A stretch of 64,000 bases of DNA from Geosiphon pyriformis uo1 (Eukaryota; Fungi; Glomeromycota). The stretch spans positions 197,898 through 261,897 of the forward strand of contig JAAOMT010000608.1 in NCBI GenBank assembly GCA_016748015.1, given 5' to 3'. A program made the translations under genes and the position numbers. Below the pieces are notes generated by a model that did no database searches, was not told the DNA's origin, and saw only the letters and a program-made list of their open reading frames with translations. Of the stretch, positions 27,838 through 41,431 are shown piece by piece (the first letter of the stretch is position 1; each line of letters opens with the position of its first letter).

Positions 27838-29331
27838 TTATGAAGGTATAGGGTAAAAGTTCCTGCAATTATTAAACCTAATACCTAGATAGGGTCCCCA
27901 GTGATTTAAATGAGCATCCTCATGAGAGGTATCAGTTGAAAGACTGCATTCCTATATATTAAATAAAAAATTTAAATAAGAATTCCATAATTAAAACTAA
28001 CAGAAAAGATCAAATACATACTGAACTTTCATCAGCATTTAATGATACATCTCCTGTAAAACTAGGACATTCGTAAAGCTTAAAAGTATCGGTCTCAGAT
28101 TCAATTGTACGACATTCACAGTTATTTTCGGTGATCCAATATTCTCTTTCATGATGACCAAATCGTTGACCTTTTATTTTCTTTGGGAGATGGACAAACG
28201 GATCATTTTCATTGGTGATTCGATAAACTTCCAAAGCGCCATTAACCAATCTGGCAAAGGGGAAATTGCCTACTCGTGGTTGACCAAAAGTAATTGCTTT
28301 GAATTTTATAGAGGATTTTCCCGACTTTTGTTTTAGCTCATTAAACAAAGTAGAGGTGGTAAGAATTTTCATTGCCAAAAGTATTGCGTATGCTTAAATT
28401 TTGAAATCAATAAGTTTTGAAATAAATAATATATATATATATTTTTATAGATGAGAATTTTAAATAAAGCTTTGAAATCAAAAAAATATAGCTTACCACC
28501 ACCGACTCCATGCCCGGTAAAAATTACATTAATATCATTTTTCTTTATATTAATTATTTTTTCAGCAATCACATCTATAGTCTTTGTCCAAATAATTTGT
28601 TTATTTATAACCGAATACCAAGATTGTTCAACCATAGCAAGATCATTGCCCCATTTTGTAAAGGCATAAGTTTTTTTAATGTCAGAAGTTCCTATAATTG
28701 ATATAATTTTAGAAAATATAAAAAAAATGGGATTATTAAAAAACATCAAAAAGAATACCTCGAAAAAATGCCACAACATCAAGGGATGCCTCATCTATAA
28801 CAGCATCACCTGAAAGAAAATCGATTATTAAAATCATTTAGATAAAAAAATTGCCAAAAAAGTTTATTTCATATATATATTACCCCTAAATCCAGGGTGA
28901 CGCTCGCCGTTTTCATCTTTGCCGATTTCGTTAAAATCAGTGCAATAAGGTGTGTTGGCGATATGAGCTATTCGCCTTAAAAAATCTAATTTTATTGGAT
29001 CCTCGACGAGAATTTTAGGGGGTGAATTCTTAATAGGATCTCCCATGTCATTTATAGCAACTTTCACTAAATCTCTTTTATCTTGAAACTTTTCAAATGG
29101 CTCTGAACCAGTTTTAACAAATACTGGAAGTTTTCTAAATTTAAAAAATCTTTCATTCTTTAAGGGGAATTGACGCTTGATTGATTCGTTGCCATGAGGG
29201 CTCAAGAAAAAAGCCAAAAGGATTAAAATAAATGCTGAAACTCCCCACCATGACTTTCGGGAACTTTTAGCAAAAGAATAATATAGAAAATTTTTTTGAA
29301 CTCTAGAGATTAATAGAGTTACAGTATACAT
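27838..29331 (-). CDS. Class-3 lipase-like protein L4, Ser->Gly (FTGHGVGG); ~5 exons
   Basis: TM WWGVSAFILILLAFFL; IAHIANTPYC; VVAFFRG; VIFTGHGVGG; ITFGQPRVGN; RITNENDPFVHLP; HHEREYWITENNCEC; last exon ECSL...NHWGPYLGIRFNNC. Confidence 0.9.
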
Positions 29332-29904
29332 ATTACGGGATTTAAAAAAAAATTATATTGGATCAAAAAGTCATTTATAGTGTAAAAAAACTCTGCTTCG
29401 TTTCATAAAAAATGCTTGCAATCTACAAAATATACAAAGTTGATAAAATAGTGCTTCATTAATGTTTCCCCAAAGAAAACATTGTCAATCAAAGTATTAA
29501 GCGCTTAATAATAATTTCTTTCAATTGTTTGAACTCGGCGAATTCTTATTACCGAATGTATCAAAATTTTTCACAAAAGTTATTTTTCTTATTACGTATA
29601 AAGTATCAGCAAAAAATTTTCGAAAAATAATATATACTTCCTTAATGAGACTATCACAAATAATCCCATTAAAAACACTCGATTTATTTGAAATTCACTC
29701 TTCATAATTAATGAAAGATAACATATATTTAGAATGGAGATTTTAGCCTGTTATTATTCTGTAGTCATTGGTTAAATCGTTTAAAATTCTATCTGCTGTA
29801 ATAAATTAATGCTAAATTTAAACATTCTAACCTCCAATTTTCAAGATTTTACACAATTATTCTTGGATCACATAGTTTTTTTATTCAAAGTATATTAATT
29901 CCAG

Positions 29905-30860
29905 TACTATAGTATGGCCTCCTGCATCTATACAAGCTTTAAAATGCCAGGCATGCTGCGAGTATTAGAAAGAATAATCTCCTTTGGAAGGTTCGCTCAC
30001 TCTTCTTCCATAAGTCTAACAAGAACCTCCTGAGGCACCCCCTTTTTTTTCATGTTATGCTTCAAAACACCCAAATTATTCTCGATCTGGTTGAAGTCTA
30101 GGCTACAACAAAATATGACATTGATTCTTGCTTGGAGGTCATCACGCACTTAATTAGAGGTGTGTTTTTAATCATTACCCTGCTGGAATATTCATTAACG
30201 CCCATACTTTCTGGTCACATTGTCATTAATGTGGTCACTTGGTATCTCATGATAAATATGACTGCTCAAATTCATCGTGAACACACGAATATCAATCCTG
30301 TCTCGTTCACTGATCGTCACCCAAACGTAAAGCTTTAACATTTGTACTATAATGAGACCATACCAAACAGGTGTTTTTGGAACATTTGCCAGTTTTAATG
30401 GCAAATGTTTACGCACCCATTTTAATTGGAGCTTTCAATGAGGAAAGATACGCTTTGGAAAAATATCAATGTAGTCAAGCCTTTGAAAGTTCATCCCAGG
30501 TAGTTCGTTCGCTGACTTCGAAGCCCGGATGCGTTTCTTCGAGCTTTTGCTTTGATTTCAACTCCCATAACCAAATGACTTCTGTGGAAAATTTTGTCAA
30601 TCTGGTGACGTTTGTGAGGGTAAGCTTGTATGGGCGGTCAGGACGAATATCCGGAATCTGGCCGTTTTTGCGAAGGAACGTTGCGTTGCGATGATCGTCG
30701 CACCAAGAGTATTAAAAGACTTCACGGTTCGAAAAAGTGGGTGGCGGGAGGAATGAATGTTGAACAAAATAACATTTATAGATCGGCCATTTTTGGAAGT
30801 TGGTTGGTAGCACGACAAAATTTTACTAATGGTGTTGCAGCCATTTGAACTGGCATAGAA
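29905..30860 (-). mobile_element. Degraded Tc1/mariner transposase (DDE_3 type)
   Basis: Frameshifted minus-strand fragments: YVWVTISERDRIDIRVFTMNLSSHIYHEI (cf. VWGCIS...MNS..Y..I), IFQQGND*KHTS (cf. FQQDNDPKHTS), SLDFNQIENNLGVLK (cf. SPDLNPIENLW..LK), EEE*ANLP, SMP, KACIDAGGHT. TIRs not identified. Confidence 0.82.
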
Positions 30861-31230
30861 AAATAATAATAGAAATATATACTGACTAATTCAATTGTAA
30901 TAGATTCATCAAAAATTTTTTACATGCCAAGTGTAAACGAATATTTTTTGATTGCATTGATTGCAAGATATCAAAAAAGGATCTCATTTGTATTGAAAAA
31001 GTTCTAATCTGAAGATATATGTATTCTTATCTTAAAGTAGGTTTTTGATGGTTTTTACTATTGGGTCTATAATTGAGTTCAAATTTTTATACTCAAATAA
31101 TATTCTGAGAAAAATCATTAATAAATCTTTGGAAATTGATTCTATACTTATAATTATGAACATTGAAAATTTGTGATATAGAATGAGATATCTGCAAAAA
31201 TAAAATTTTGAATCTACCTCTGAGTACACA

Positions 31231-32820
31231 TCAAAGGCTATACAGTCTATCAACATAAGAGCGGCAATCACCCATTTTGACACCAAAATAAGGGCCAAAG
31301 TGAGCCACTTCACTTTCCGGGGTCTCTGTCTGCCCAATATTACATTCCTATAAAATTAATGATAAAAGAATAAAAATTTCAATACAGTCTAAAAAAGTAT
31401 TATTTCTAAAAATTTAAAAAATTTAGTACCAAATTTTCCCCTACTGTTTGCTCGTCATGACTAAAGCCATCACATATAAATACTACTAAGCCAGCAAAAA
31501 GAGAGTAATCATCTAAAATACAATCACATCGTGGATAAGATATCCAATGTTCTTGTTCATGATGTATCATGATTAAATTTTCTTGGCTTCTCAAATTCCA
31601 TGGATAATGTGGAACGTAATCATTTGAGTGCGTAATCCGAGAAACATCCAAAAAAAGATTTACGTAGTGGGCAAAATATTCGTTTCCAATTCTTGGCTGA
31701 CCAAAAGTTACGGCGAAAACCTCAAATATTGAATCTTCTGAACCTATTGGTCTATATTTATTCATTAATTCATGCTCAAATGAGAGTCCTGCTAGAACCG
31801 CGTAAGCTGTGATATAAAGGGAAGAAAATTACAGAATTCATAATTAATATTGTATAAAAAATTCTAATAGTCAAAACAATCTCAACATTTTACCTCCTCC
31901 TATTCCATGACCCGTGAAAAAAATAGAAACTCTTTCATTTTGAAAACCCTTCGAATCAATCAAAAATTGGATTTTTTGAAATAATGCATGTTTCATTGCT
32001 TCTACTTCTTCAAACCAAATCTTTTCCACCATAATTTGGCTCTCATATGATGGAATTCTAATCTCATAAGGTATTAATTGAGGCTTTCTGTCTTTCCATT
32101 GTTGGTTTGTGAGAGTTTTACCACCGAAATATGCTACAATTGCATCTGTCGATGGATCAATAAAGACATCCGCTAAAAATGAGAAAAATATCTCTGAATT
32201 CTTATATTCGTTGAAAAATTGACAATTAAACATATATTCAAACTTTTACCAATTACTTTTCCACCAGAAACAAATCTTCCAACGGCGTTATTAGATGAAC
32301 AATAAGCTTTGTTAGCCCATCCAGAAGTCCTGACTAACATTTTCAGATATTCATTACTAATTGGTAGTAAAGATCTTTTCAGGAATTCATTTCGTTTTCT
32401 CACTTTTGAAACTTTTTTAAACTGTATTTTTCGGCGGCCTATCTCACCAATAAAGAACTCAAAAATTTTTGTTCGATTCCTATGATCGTTTTTATTTTTC
32501 CTTTTTGGTGTGATAAATGAACGCATTTTCGATTCCAATATCGTATAAGAGAAATTATTTCGTGATGATTTATTCAAAAAGGATACATTCTTGGGAAATT
32601 GAGATTCTTTGATAATTGAAGACTTAATTCTTGTCCCTTGAACCTCATTCATTTCCCGTATTTGACTTAAAGCAAAAGACAACCAAAAAACCAAATACAA
32701 TAACAAATTCGAAAGGTGAGTTATTTTGCAATTGGATAGTCGTTTATTTATGACTTTAGAGGTATTAGGCATTCTAAACAATAAAGAATCTTTGTTTAAA
32801 GATGACCTTAAAGCAATCAT
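31231..32820 (-). CDS. Class-3 lipase-like protein L5, Ser->Gly (FTGHGIGG); basic pro-region; 4 exons
   Basis: LLLYLVFWLSFALS; WANKAYC; IFFTGHGIGG; VTFGQPRIGN; RITHSNDYVPHYP; HHEQEHWISYPRCDC; last exon ECNIG...AHFGPYFGVKMGDC. Confidence 0.9.
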
Positions 32821-33184
32821 TCTACATAGAATTTGCCGATAGGGATTCAGAAAATTAATGTCATATAATTTAAAAGGTTGTCATTTTTTCAAGTAGTACA
32901 TATTTATTTTTCGAATCAAAACAAAATAAAAAGAGTAGTAAAGGTTTTGTTGTAAACTTTTCATTGGCCATAAAAGTGAGACAAGTTTTTTGCTTCAAAC
33001 ACAATCTCGGTAGAAAATTGTTTGTTTAGATCCTAATATTGGATATACATTTACTTAGATACTACTGGCCAATGAAAATTTGCTATAAAATTAATCCTCA
33101 AAACACAATTATATAAATATATAACCACCCAAAGGATGATTTTACGAGAATCCCCCTTAAAACGATCTATATTTTTGATGTAAA

Positions 33185-34636
33185 CTAAAAGTGATCGCCA
33201 CCTGATCTATCAGGACAAACCATTTTCACATCGAAATACGGGCCACGATGGTCACCAATAAGGAAACCATTTGCACTATTGCTACATTTCTGGTTTTTTT
33301 TTTAAAAAAAAGCATATTCAGTTCAGCAAAAATTTCAAATTGATTCAAACTCTGTTATTCATCGTAATTCTGAAATACTGACTTTATTCTCCCTAACTCC
33401 TTGACTTCCGTTTTCGCTGCAAACTCTTGCCTTGTTATTTAGATCAATCCAATATTCAGGGTTAGCATGAACATAATTTTCATTTGTATGTGGCATGGTG
33501 ATCGGGAAATGAGGAACAGGATCAGAAGCATGGGTAATGCGGAAATTATTTGAGCTATATGCAGCGTTAGCATAGTTTTGATTACCAACACGTGGTTCTC
33601 CAAAAGTGATTACTTGCGTTTTCAGATTGGGGAAGGTTTGTTTTAAAATTAACGAGCAAAATTCTGCGTAAACTGCAGCAAATAGATAAATTTTCATTTC
33701 GTTACTCGAATAAATATCATTTTAAATCCAATATGCAAAACTTACCGCCACCTAAGCTAAAACCAGTTAAATATATCTGTGTTGCTTGTTGTTGAACAAT
33801 AAATTGCACAAAATCCTTGCTTTTTTGACCCCACCATGCCCAGAACGCGTCGAAAAATGCCTTAACTACCAAACTTTTATTTATTTTTGGAAACGGTACT
33901 GTGTCGTCGCCAATTCCATAAGGATTCGTCATCATCTGTCCAACATTGCCTGCAAAAACTATTTTGACACCATTATTTACCTTCGACCAAATGGCTTATT
34001 ATAGCAAAAAATTAAATAAAAAATTAGGTCCTCGATTAATATCAAGAATACAAGGTCAAAAAAAAATTTATAATCCTCTTGTATTTTACCATAAATTTGT
34101 GTGTTACTAGGCCTGTTGCACCAAGTATCCTTGGAATCTTTGGCATAACTGGCTAAAATTGATATTTGATTAGGCATCACGGTCTCAAGTAATGGCAATT
34201 CCGATGTAGATTGAGAAGGTAACGAGGCAATCACAGAATCTGAAAGATTGGGATCGGGAAAATCAGTGAGGCTAGCTGTTAAATCTGTTGTTGAAGCCTG
34301 GTTGATTGATAGAGGGTTGAGTCCAGAATTGAGACCGTCATCTTGGACAAAGGCCAAACTCGAATCAGTTGACAAAATATTGGGATTATCTTCCAACCCC
34401 AGATTTAATTTGTCATCAAAGTTTTCCCCCATATCCTGAGAATTTTGGGTAGAGCCTATAGTGAAGGAAGACGGTGATAAAAAATCGTTATCCCCTGGAA
34501 CAAAATTATTGATATTTGAAGGACCAAAGGGATCCATGTTATTGTTTATTGGCGATGCATTAATGATAGAGTATGAATCAAAAAAACTCGACACAAATAC
34601 AAAGTAAAAATAAAAGAAAATGATATAGTTTAACAT
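33185..34636 (-). CDS. Class-3 lipase L6 with intact S-D-H triad (GFSLGG); signal peptide and acidic propeptide; 4 exons
   Basis: YLTGFSLGG; ITFGEPRVGN; RITHASDPVPHFP; HANPEYWI; last exon KCSNS...DHRGPYFDVKMVC. Confidence 0.9.
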
Positions 34637-34809
34637 TGAAAAAAGTAAGTTTATGAAATAGCCGTTTATAGCAAAGAGTTGAAGAGAAAGTATTAGAATA
34701 TTTAGGAAAATAAGATTTCTGTTTACAGTTTGCCTCTATTTTGAATCTTTGACTTGCCTTTTTATCTTCCTGTTTGACCTTTTAAAAACTGATAACAGCT
34801 AATATGGTG

Positions 34810-34864
<55 letters not shown>

Positions 34865-34865
34865 A
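34810..34865. repeat. (AAT)n immediately followed by (ATT)n: self-complementary microsatellite
   Basis: ...taataataataatattattattattatta... directly visible. Confidence 0.85.
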
Positions 34866-35446
34866 GATTCCGGGAAAATGAAAATTTTTTGTATAACAAA
34901 TGAGGAAAAGTTACCAACCTAAAGATTATCAAGCAGGGTGCAAAGAAAAATCAAAGGTTATTTGATAAATTCTGAAATTTACAATAAATAAATTTTTTTA
35001 GAAATTCCATGTTGTTATCTTAATAAAATTTTAGTACTGTAGTTATCTATTTTTATTTTTTGTGGTCTATGATAAGCAATTAAAATTTTTGATTTTCCGT
35101 AATTAAGGGTGGTCATTGATAAGATTCTTTTCAAATCTCAACGTCACAATTAGGCTTGAAATAGATTTTTCGGTATTGCATGACAGTTTTGGTTTGATAA
35201 ATGAAGCAGGCCTTTTAGGTTACATTCTTAAATTAATGTATAATTGATATTCAAAATTTTTCAATCTATAAATATTTAATTTATTGGAAATGATCAATTA
35301 AAAAATTTTGAATTTAAATTTAATTCTGAAATCACGAAAAGAAAAAAAATTGGACCATAAAAACATTTTGACTGTTTAAAGAAAATACTATTCTTGACAA
35401 TTTTTAAACTTAAAAAATAAGTAATTAATGTTGCAGAAAATTATCT

Positions 35447-36964
35447 CTAGCAAGAGGATGGCAACATTGAAAATCCAAAATAAGGTCCAAAGTGATCCAG
35501 TTGTACCACTTGTTGACTCTGATTTATACAAGACTAGAAAAAAATTTGAATCGGTTAAAGCATAAATTTTCGGCTAAACAATACTAAATTCGATGTCAAA
35601 ACCACTACACTCACTTTACTCTCGGTAGCAACTCCCAAATTTTTTTCTGGAGCTGGGCACGGTGCACCAGTTACTTTTCCTCTTGGGATATAAAATTCAA
35701 ACCCAGGATGTTTAAATTTGCCATTAGATGGTTTACGTGGATACGGATCTAAACCATACGTCACTCGCCAGACCAGTGCTTTACTTTCCACATAGTTTGC
35801 ATTCACTTGATCGCTTACTCGTGGCATACCGTATGTAATTACATAAGGCAATGGCAAATCTTTAACGGCTTGGTTTATTTCTACTGCAGCAAATTCAGCC
35901 AAGGCTATAAACATGAAATGTATATTAAAAAAAATGAAATTTATCCAACATCAATAACTTATGCCATATTGTAAAGCTCACCACCACCAATTCCAAATCC
36001 AACAAAATAAACAACCGGTTTTCCTTTCTCCTCGATCACATTTTTGTAACTTTCAATATTTTGGTTGCTCCAACTTTTATATAGTGTGTATAGGTCCCCA
36101 TGAACAGAACCTCCGTCTTTATGAGGCCATGATTTCATTGAAATATCATTATTTGGGAAATAAGAATCAATAAAGTTTTCATTTGCTGCAAAAACGACGA
36201 CGATTCGGTTTCGATTATTCTTATTGTCGTAATAAATCTCCGCTGGGTGATTAAGAAATTTAGAGTGTTATTTAAAGTAATTTTTTGCAAATTTAATTTT
36301 AATAGGAAATTGTACCATTGATCGTATCAGAATTACCGCCACTCAAAACTCGTTTGCAATAAGTCGCTTTAGCAATTGTTGCGAAATACTGTAACATAAT
36401 TGTTGGATCCGCTGCTAGACGTTCAAATTCTTTTACTGGAATTTTTTGTACTTGTTTCTCTTGTGAATCAGTTGCTGCTGTCTCTTCATAAAATGAAAAA
36501 TCTTTATCAGCTAAAGTTATTGGTGAAGAATTGAACTCTTGATTTGGGTTTGGTTGAAATGCAAGTATATTGTCTTGATTAGTTAAAAATGAAGTGTCAG
36601 GTGACAAAGTTTCCTCCATTGATGTTAAGTTATTTGAATCATCATCATCCGGAAGAGAAGCAAACAGGTTGTTTTCAGTATTCTGATCATTGATAGAACT
36701 GAATGATGTATCTTTAAAGGTATTGAAAGGGTTTTGATTTCCAAAATTTATTTGACCAAAAGGAATGTCCGAATTTGAATCTAATCCTAAAAAATTCTCG
36801 TCATTTCTTTTCGAGAGTTGATTTAATGGTGTCGATCTTACAGGAGGTATGATTAAAAGTTTTATTAAAAGGACAAAGATGGTAAAAAACTTCAAGAAAG
36901 TTGTTTGAATTTTGAATGTCTTGAAGAGGATTCTTATTAAATTTGATAGAACTTTCTCACTCAT
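35447..36964 (-). CDS. Class-3 lipase-like protein L7, Ser->Gly (FVGFGIGG); acidic propeptide; 4 exons
   Basis: FFTIFVLLIKLLII...LSKR; IAKATYC; minus-strand exon ending VVYFVGFGIGG at ~35980-36010; ITYGMPRV; RVTYGLDPYPRKP; last exon SCINQ...DHFGPYFGFSM. Confidence 0.88.
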
Positions 36965-37647
36965 GATTCTAAAGGTAATTAATATTTTTGAAATGGTTTA
37001 ATCAGATCGAAAGAAGTTAGTTGCCAAAATTTTTAGGAGAATTTTAAAATTTTTAATTCAACCTTAAAATTAATTGTTAAAAAGCTCAACCCCAGCAAGG
37101 TGGGAATCAGAAATTATAAATAATTTTTAATTTTCTATACGTTTTTCCTAAAATGGGCTTCGATTTATAAAAAGTTGTTGAAGAATTTGATAGATAAAAG
37201 ATGTTCCGGATGGTTTGGAGGGATGAGCTTCAAAACATTTATCCGAATTTTTGTGAGTCCGAAATGTAATTTCAAAAGATTATTCCCCTTATTATTATTA
37301 TTTTGGAATTAAAGATTTGATAAATCATGTTGAAATGTTAATTTTTTGATAAACTAATTTAAAGTAAGCAATCGCAAAAATTTTGTTTATGTTACTAGAT
37401 TCAAATACTCAAATATTTTTTTTATTATAGAGCACTTGAAACAAAAATTTAAATAGACCCCTGATATTGCCAAGTATGGAAAATCTATGATGAAATTCCC
37501 TTTAAGAGAGATGTGCATTTCCTAGGTTATTATAAGGGGAAAAACAATTTTTCGAAATCTATTCAAATTTTGAATAATTTCTTAACTCTTTAAAATATTT
37601 TCAAACAACGTTAAAAAAAGGATCAAAAATTCTATTTAATAACTTAT

Positions 37648-39029
37648 ATGACTTTAATATATATAAATCATGTATTTTCTAAGAACCATCGGAAAATATT
37701 AGTTTCATATTTTATTTTTATATTAGAATTGAGTTTAATATCTTATCTAGTTAAAGGGAACCCAATTGATTTGATTACATATGATAATGACTACGGGAAT
37801 AGTCTAAATTTAATTAAACCCCTTCAAGAACTAAATCAAACTTTTTATATTGAAAAAAATATTGAAGGGTTGTCGAATGCAAGAAATACAAATCTTTTGA
37901 ACTCGGTTGATGATACGTTAACAAATTTGATTGATTCGAATATGGAAAAAAACTCATTTACCGAATTCAACTTCGATTCTTTGATTAAATCAGTAAATTC
38001 TGAATTAGATCTTACAAATATGCTCAGATATTTTGTGACTAAAACGTTATATACTTATTGTGAACGTGAAGCACAAAAAGATAAAAGTGTGACTATATAT
38101 GGTAAAATTTCAACAGATATTTAAATCTAAGAATTTGTATGCTTATAATTTTATAATTTTACCTCTATAAAGTTTTAATATTTTATTTCTAGATAATACT
38201 ACTTATGAAATATGGGAGAATGAGAAAAGAGTATTCATATTTTTCGCAGGGAACGAATTAACAATGAAATATATATTGGATCCAAATGAAGGAACTTTGA
38301 TGAGAGAATACCCTTATTATCAGAAAGGAGGACTTGTAAATGCCAGACTGTTGATCACTTTTATATATTGGAAGAAGTTGAGATTAATTTTTTTAGCAGA
38401 TTTTATTAAAATGCACGAGATGCCAAAAGTTTATTTAGCTGGATTCAGTTTAGGTGGTGGTAATTTTTGAAATGATTTAATATTTATTTTTCTCTTATGA
38501 ACTTTTGAACAATTTCCAAAAAATTTTAATTCAAATTTTTCTTTCATAAAGCTTTTGCACAATTAGCAGCCATCGCATTGAAAGAAATAATTCCTAATCT
38601 TCCAAAACCGACGGTAATCACTTATGGCTCTCCACGTATAGGAAATCAAGACTTTGCTAATTATGTTGAACGAAATACAAATCTCTTGAGGGTAAATTAT
38701 GGTTTAGATCCAATTGTACGAAATCCTACAATTTTTAATAAAGTAAAATACGTGCATGCCGGAATTGAATATTACATTGCTGAAGGAAAAAGAGAAGGAA
38801 AAATTATAGATATTGAGGAGAAAATTATTGGTGTTGCTGCTGAATCACAAGTATGTGACTAATTAATTAATGATGAATAATTTTTATTATTTTTTTAATT
38901 TTGAAAATTTATTTTATGATAATTTATATTCTAAATTTACAGTTTAACGGAATAAATCAGTTTAAAAATTTTCGAAAATCAGATCATTTTGGGCCGTATT
39001 TCATTTCGAAAATGATTTGTAATATGTAA
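37648..39029 (+). CDS. Class-3 lipase L8 with intact triad (GFSLGG); 4 exons
   Basis: Signal-like ILVSYFIFILELSLISYLVKG; TLYTYC; YLAGFSLGG; ITYGSPRIGN; RVNYGLDPIVRNP; last exon ...SDHFGPYFISKMIC. Confidence 0.88.
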
Positions 39030-39844
39030 AATGATTCCATGTCAATGAATCGTCTTTAATTTTATTTTAATTATTATGATAATAATAAAATTGGTAGTCA
39101 TTTTTGAGAATTGAAAATAAAAAATCTATGAAATTTTGAATTTGGGACAAGGTCTGAGTGTTAGGAAAACTTATCTTGTTTACACAAGGAACATTTGTAG
39201 ATAAGATAGTGTGGTAAAACATGGATTCAAAGTGAAGATATATGGTCTGGTCTGAACTAAAAATGGCAGAATTTTTTTTGTCTTTTTCTTAAACTATGTT
39301 TAATTAAATTTGGAAGAAAGAAATCAATTTTCAAAAAACGTACTATTCCTCTTCAGCCTATTGGAATGAATGTAGACCTGAAAATTTTTTAATGAAAAGT
39401 AGTACATAAAGAACCATATCAAAATACTATAATCATATAAGCAAAAGTTAAAAAATAATATTAAAAATCAATTTATAACTTTTTCATCTTCATGCAGAAA
39501 AGGTGAAACCTATTATTATTATTATTATTATTCAACGTTGTTCTGGGAATTCTAATTTCAAGGATAAAACTATATTAATCAAATTAAATCAAAAAATTAA
39601 ATTGAGATGTTTATTTAAATGAGAATTTGAAATAAGTTTCAAAAATTAAAAAGCCTTAATAAAAATTCACCTAGTATAACTTTGAAGTTTAGGACTATAT
39701 TATTCATTCAAATTTTCTGAAAGCTTTGAATAAATTGAAACCAATATTTTATTATTCAATTCCAATTTTTTTTTTTTTTCATTTCAAAGAAATCCCTCTA
39801 TTGAAAAAATTAATAGTATCATGCGTGAAATGTAATGGAATGAA

Positions 39845-41431
39845 TCACTGATGATCACATCGCATCAAAACTCCATAATAAGGTCCAGAATGATCTTTTG
39901 GAGTTTTTTTGGTACTTCGATTAATGCATTCCTTGGATTCAAAAGAAAATTTTAAAATATTTAGTTTCAAATAGAACAAATATTTTATGGTATAATTAAA
40001 AAAAACAAAAAAAACAAAAAAAAACTACTCGATTAACTTACCAAATTTTCCCTCGAAAATGCTCCTTGGTCAGTGGCACAGAACACACCATAAGCTCCAG
40101 GCTTTTCAATCCAAACTTCAACCCCACTGTGAACATATTTTTCATTTGCATCTTTTACAGGAAGACGTGGAATTGGATCATTGATATATGTGAATCTTAA
40201 AATACGTCCAGCGGAAAAAAGGGCTTTACTAAAAGCTTCATTGCCAATACGAGGTGCACCAAAAGCATACACGGTAATTCGTATGTTGCTGTTCACATGA
40301 TTTATTGATAATGCTGCTAATTGAGCATATACTGATAATAGATTTTCAAATTCTCAAATTAAATTGAATAGTCAAATTTTGTTAGTGAACGAAAAAGTCT
40401 AAAAAAATAATTGAAAAGTCATACCTCCACCTAAACTATATCCCGATATTGTAATTTCATATTCATATTTCTCAGTAACTTTTATCCTTTCGAAATTATT
40501 ACGGTGCTTTGACCACCACTTTTCAAAGAGCGTATACCAGCCTTTGTGAACCTTAGCCCCTGGTAGACCTGGGTAATTAATCATCGTGGAATCTTGAATA
40601 TCCTTTGAAAGATTTTCTTCATTCCCACTAAAGACAAAATAACCACCCAAAGGATCCGCGTCTCCTCCTGTGATTTTAGTAAAAAGTTTATATTTTGACT
40701 GGAATTAGTGTGAAAATAAGTCTATAGCATTAATTAACAGATTGATAGGATAAAAAAGATTTCACACCTAATACATAATCATCCGTCTGAGATCTGACAC
40801 AATAAAAAGCTTTTGCATGTTTCGCCATCTGTGCAAAAAATTCTACTTGTCCTTTCGTTATAGAAATAAAGTTTGAACTTTTTTTTTCTGCCGCAGCTAA
40901 CAAGGAGTTAGCTGATACGATTTTAGCGATAGTAGGTTCCATTTTTTGAGGTAAAATACTTAATGGTGTCTCATGAATGAGGAAATTCTCCGAATTTTGA
41001 CTATCTTCTAATTGAGGGATAGAAATAATATTGAGCTGCTCAGTTGTAAAACTATCCGAGACATCTTCAAATGAGGTTTTCAAATTTGAAAAATCAATAT
41101 CTGTATTAGTCTGTCCTGCTAGATTTTCACCGGGAAAGTCTAAAGTTAGATCTTTGGAATAAGAAAATGGTAAAGTGTTATCAGCTTCAAGATATTTGAA
41201 TTGAAATTGTGGAAAGTTTTTATTATATTTTGAAGAAAATTGTGAAATATCGGGATTAAGGTAGGGTAATAAATTACGCTTATAGGTGATTGAATCTTGA
41301 ATGAGAGGATTTAAAGGCTTCTGATTTTGGCTAATTCCAAAAATTGGGGTTGCGTAAACTTTGAAGCAAAAAAATTTCACAATTAAATATGACAAGAAAA
41401 AGCTTCTCATCATCATCATCATCATCATCAT
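39845..41431 (-). CDS. Class-3 lipase L9 with intact triad (GYSLGG); acidic propeptide; 4 exons
   Basis: HAKAFYC; PGAKVHKGW; ISGYSLGG; YAFGAPRIGN; RFTYINDPIPRLP; last exon ECINR...DHSGPYYGVLMRC. Confidence 0.9.

Noticed and set aside
29700-31000. Terminal inverted repeats for the Tc1 fossil
   Set aside because: No convincing TA-flanked inverted pair could be matched by eye.
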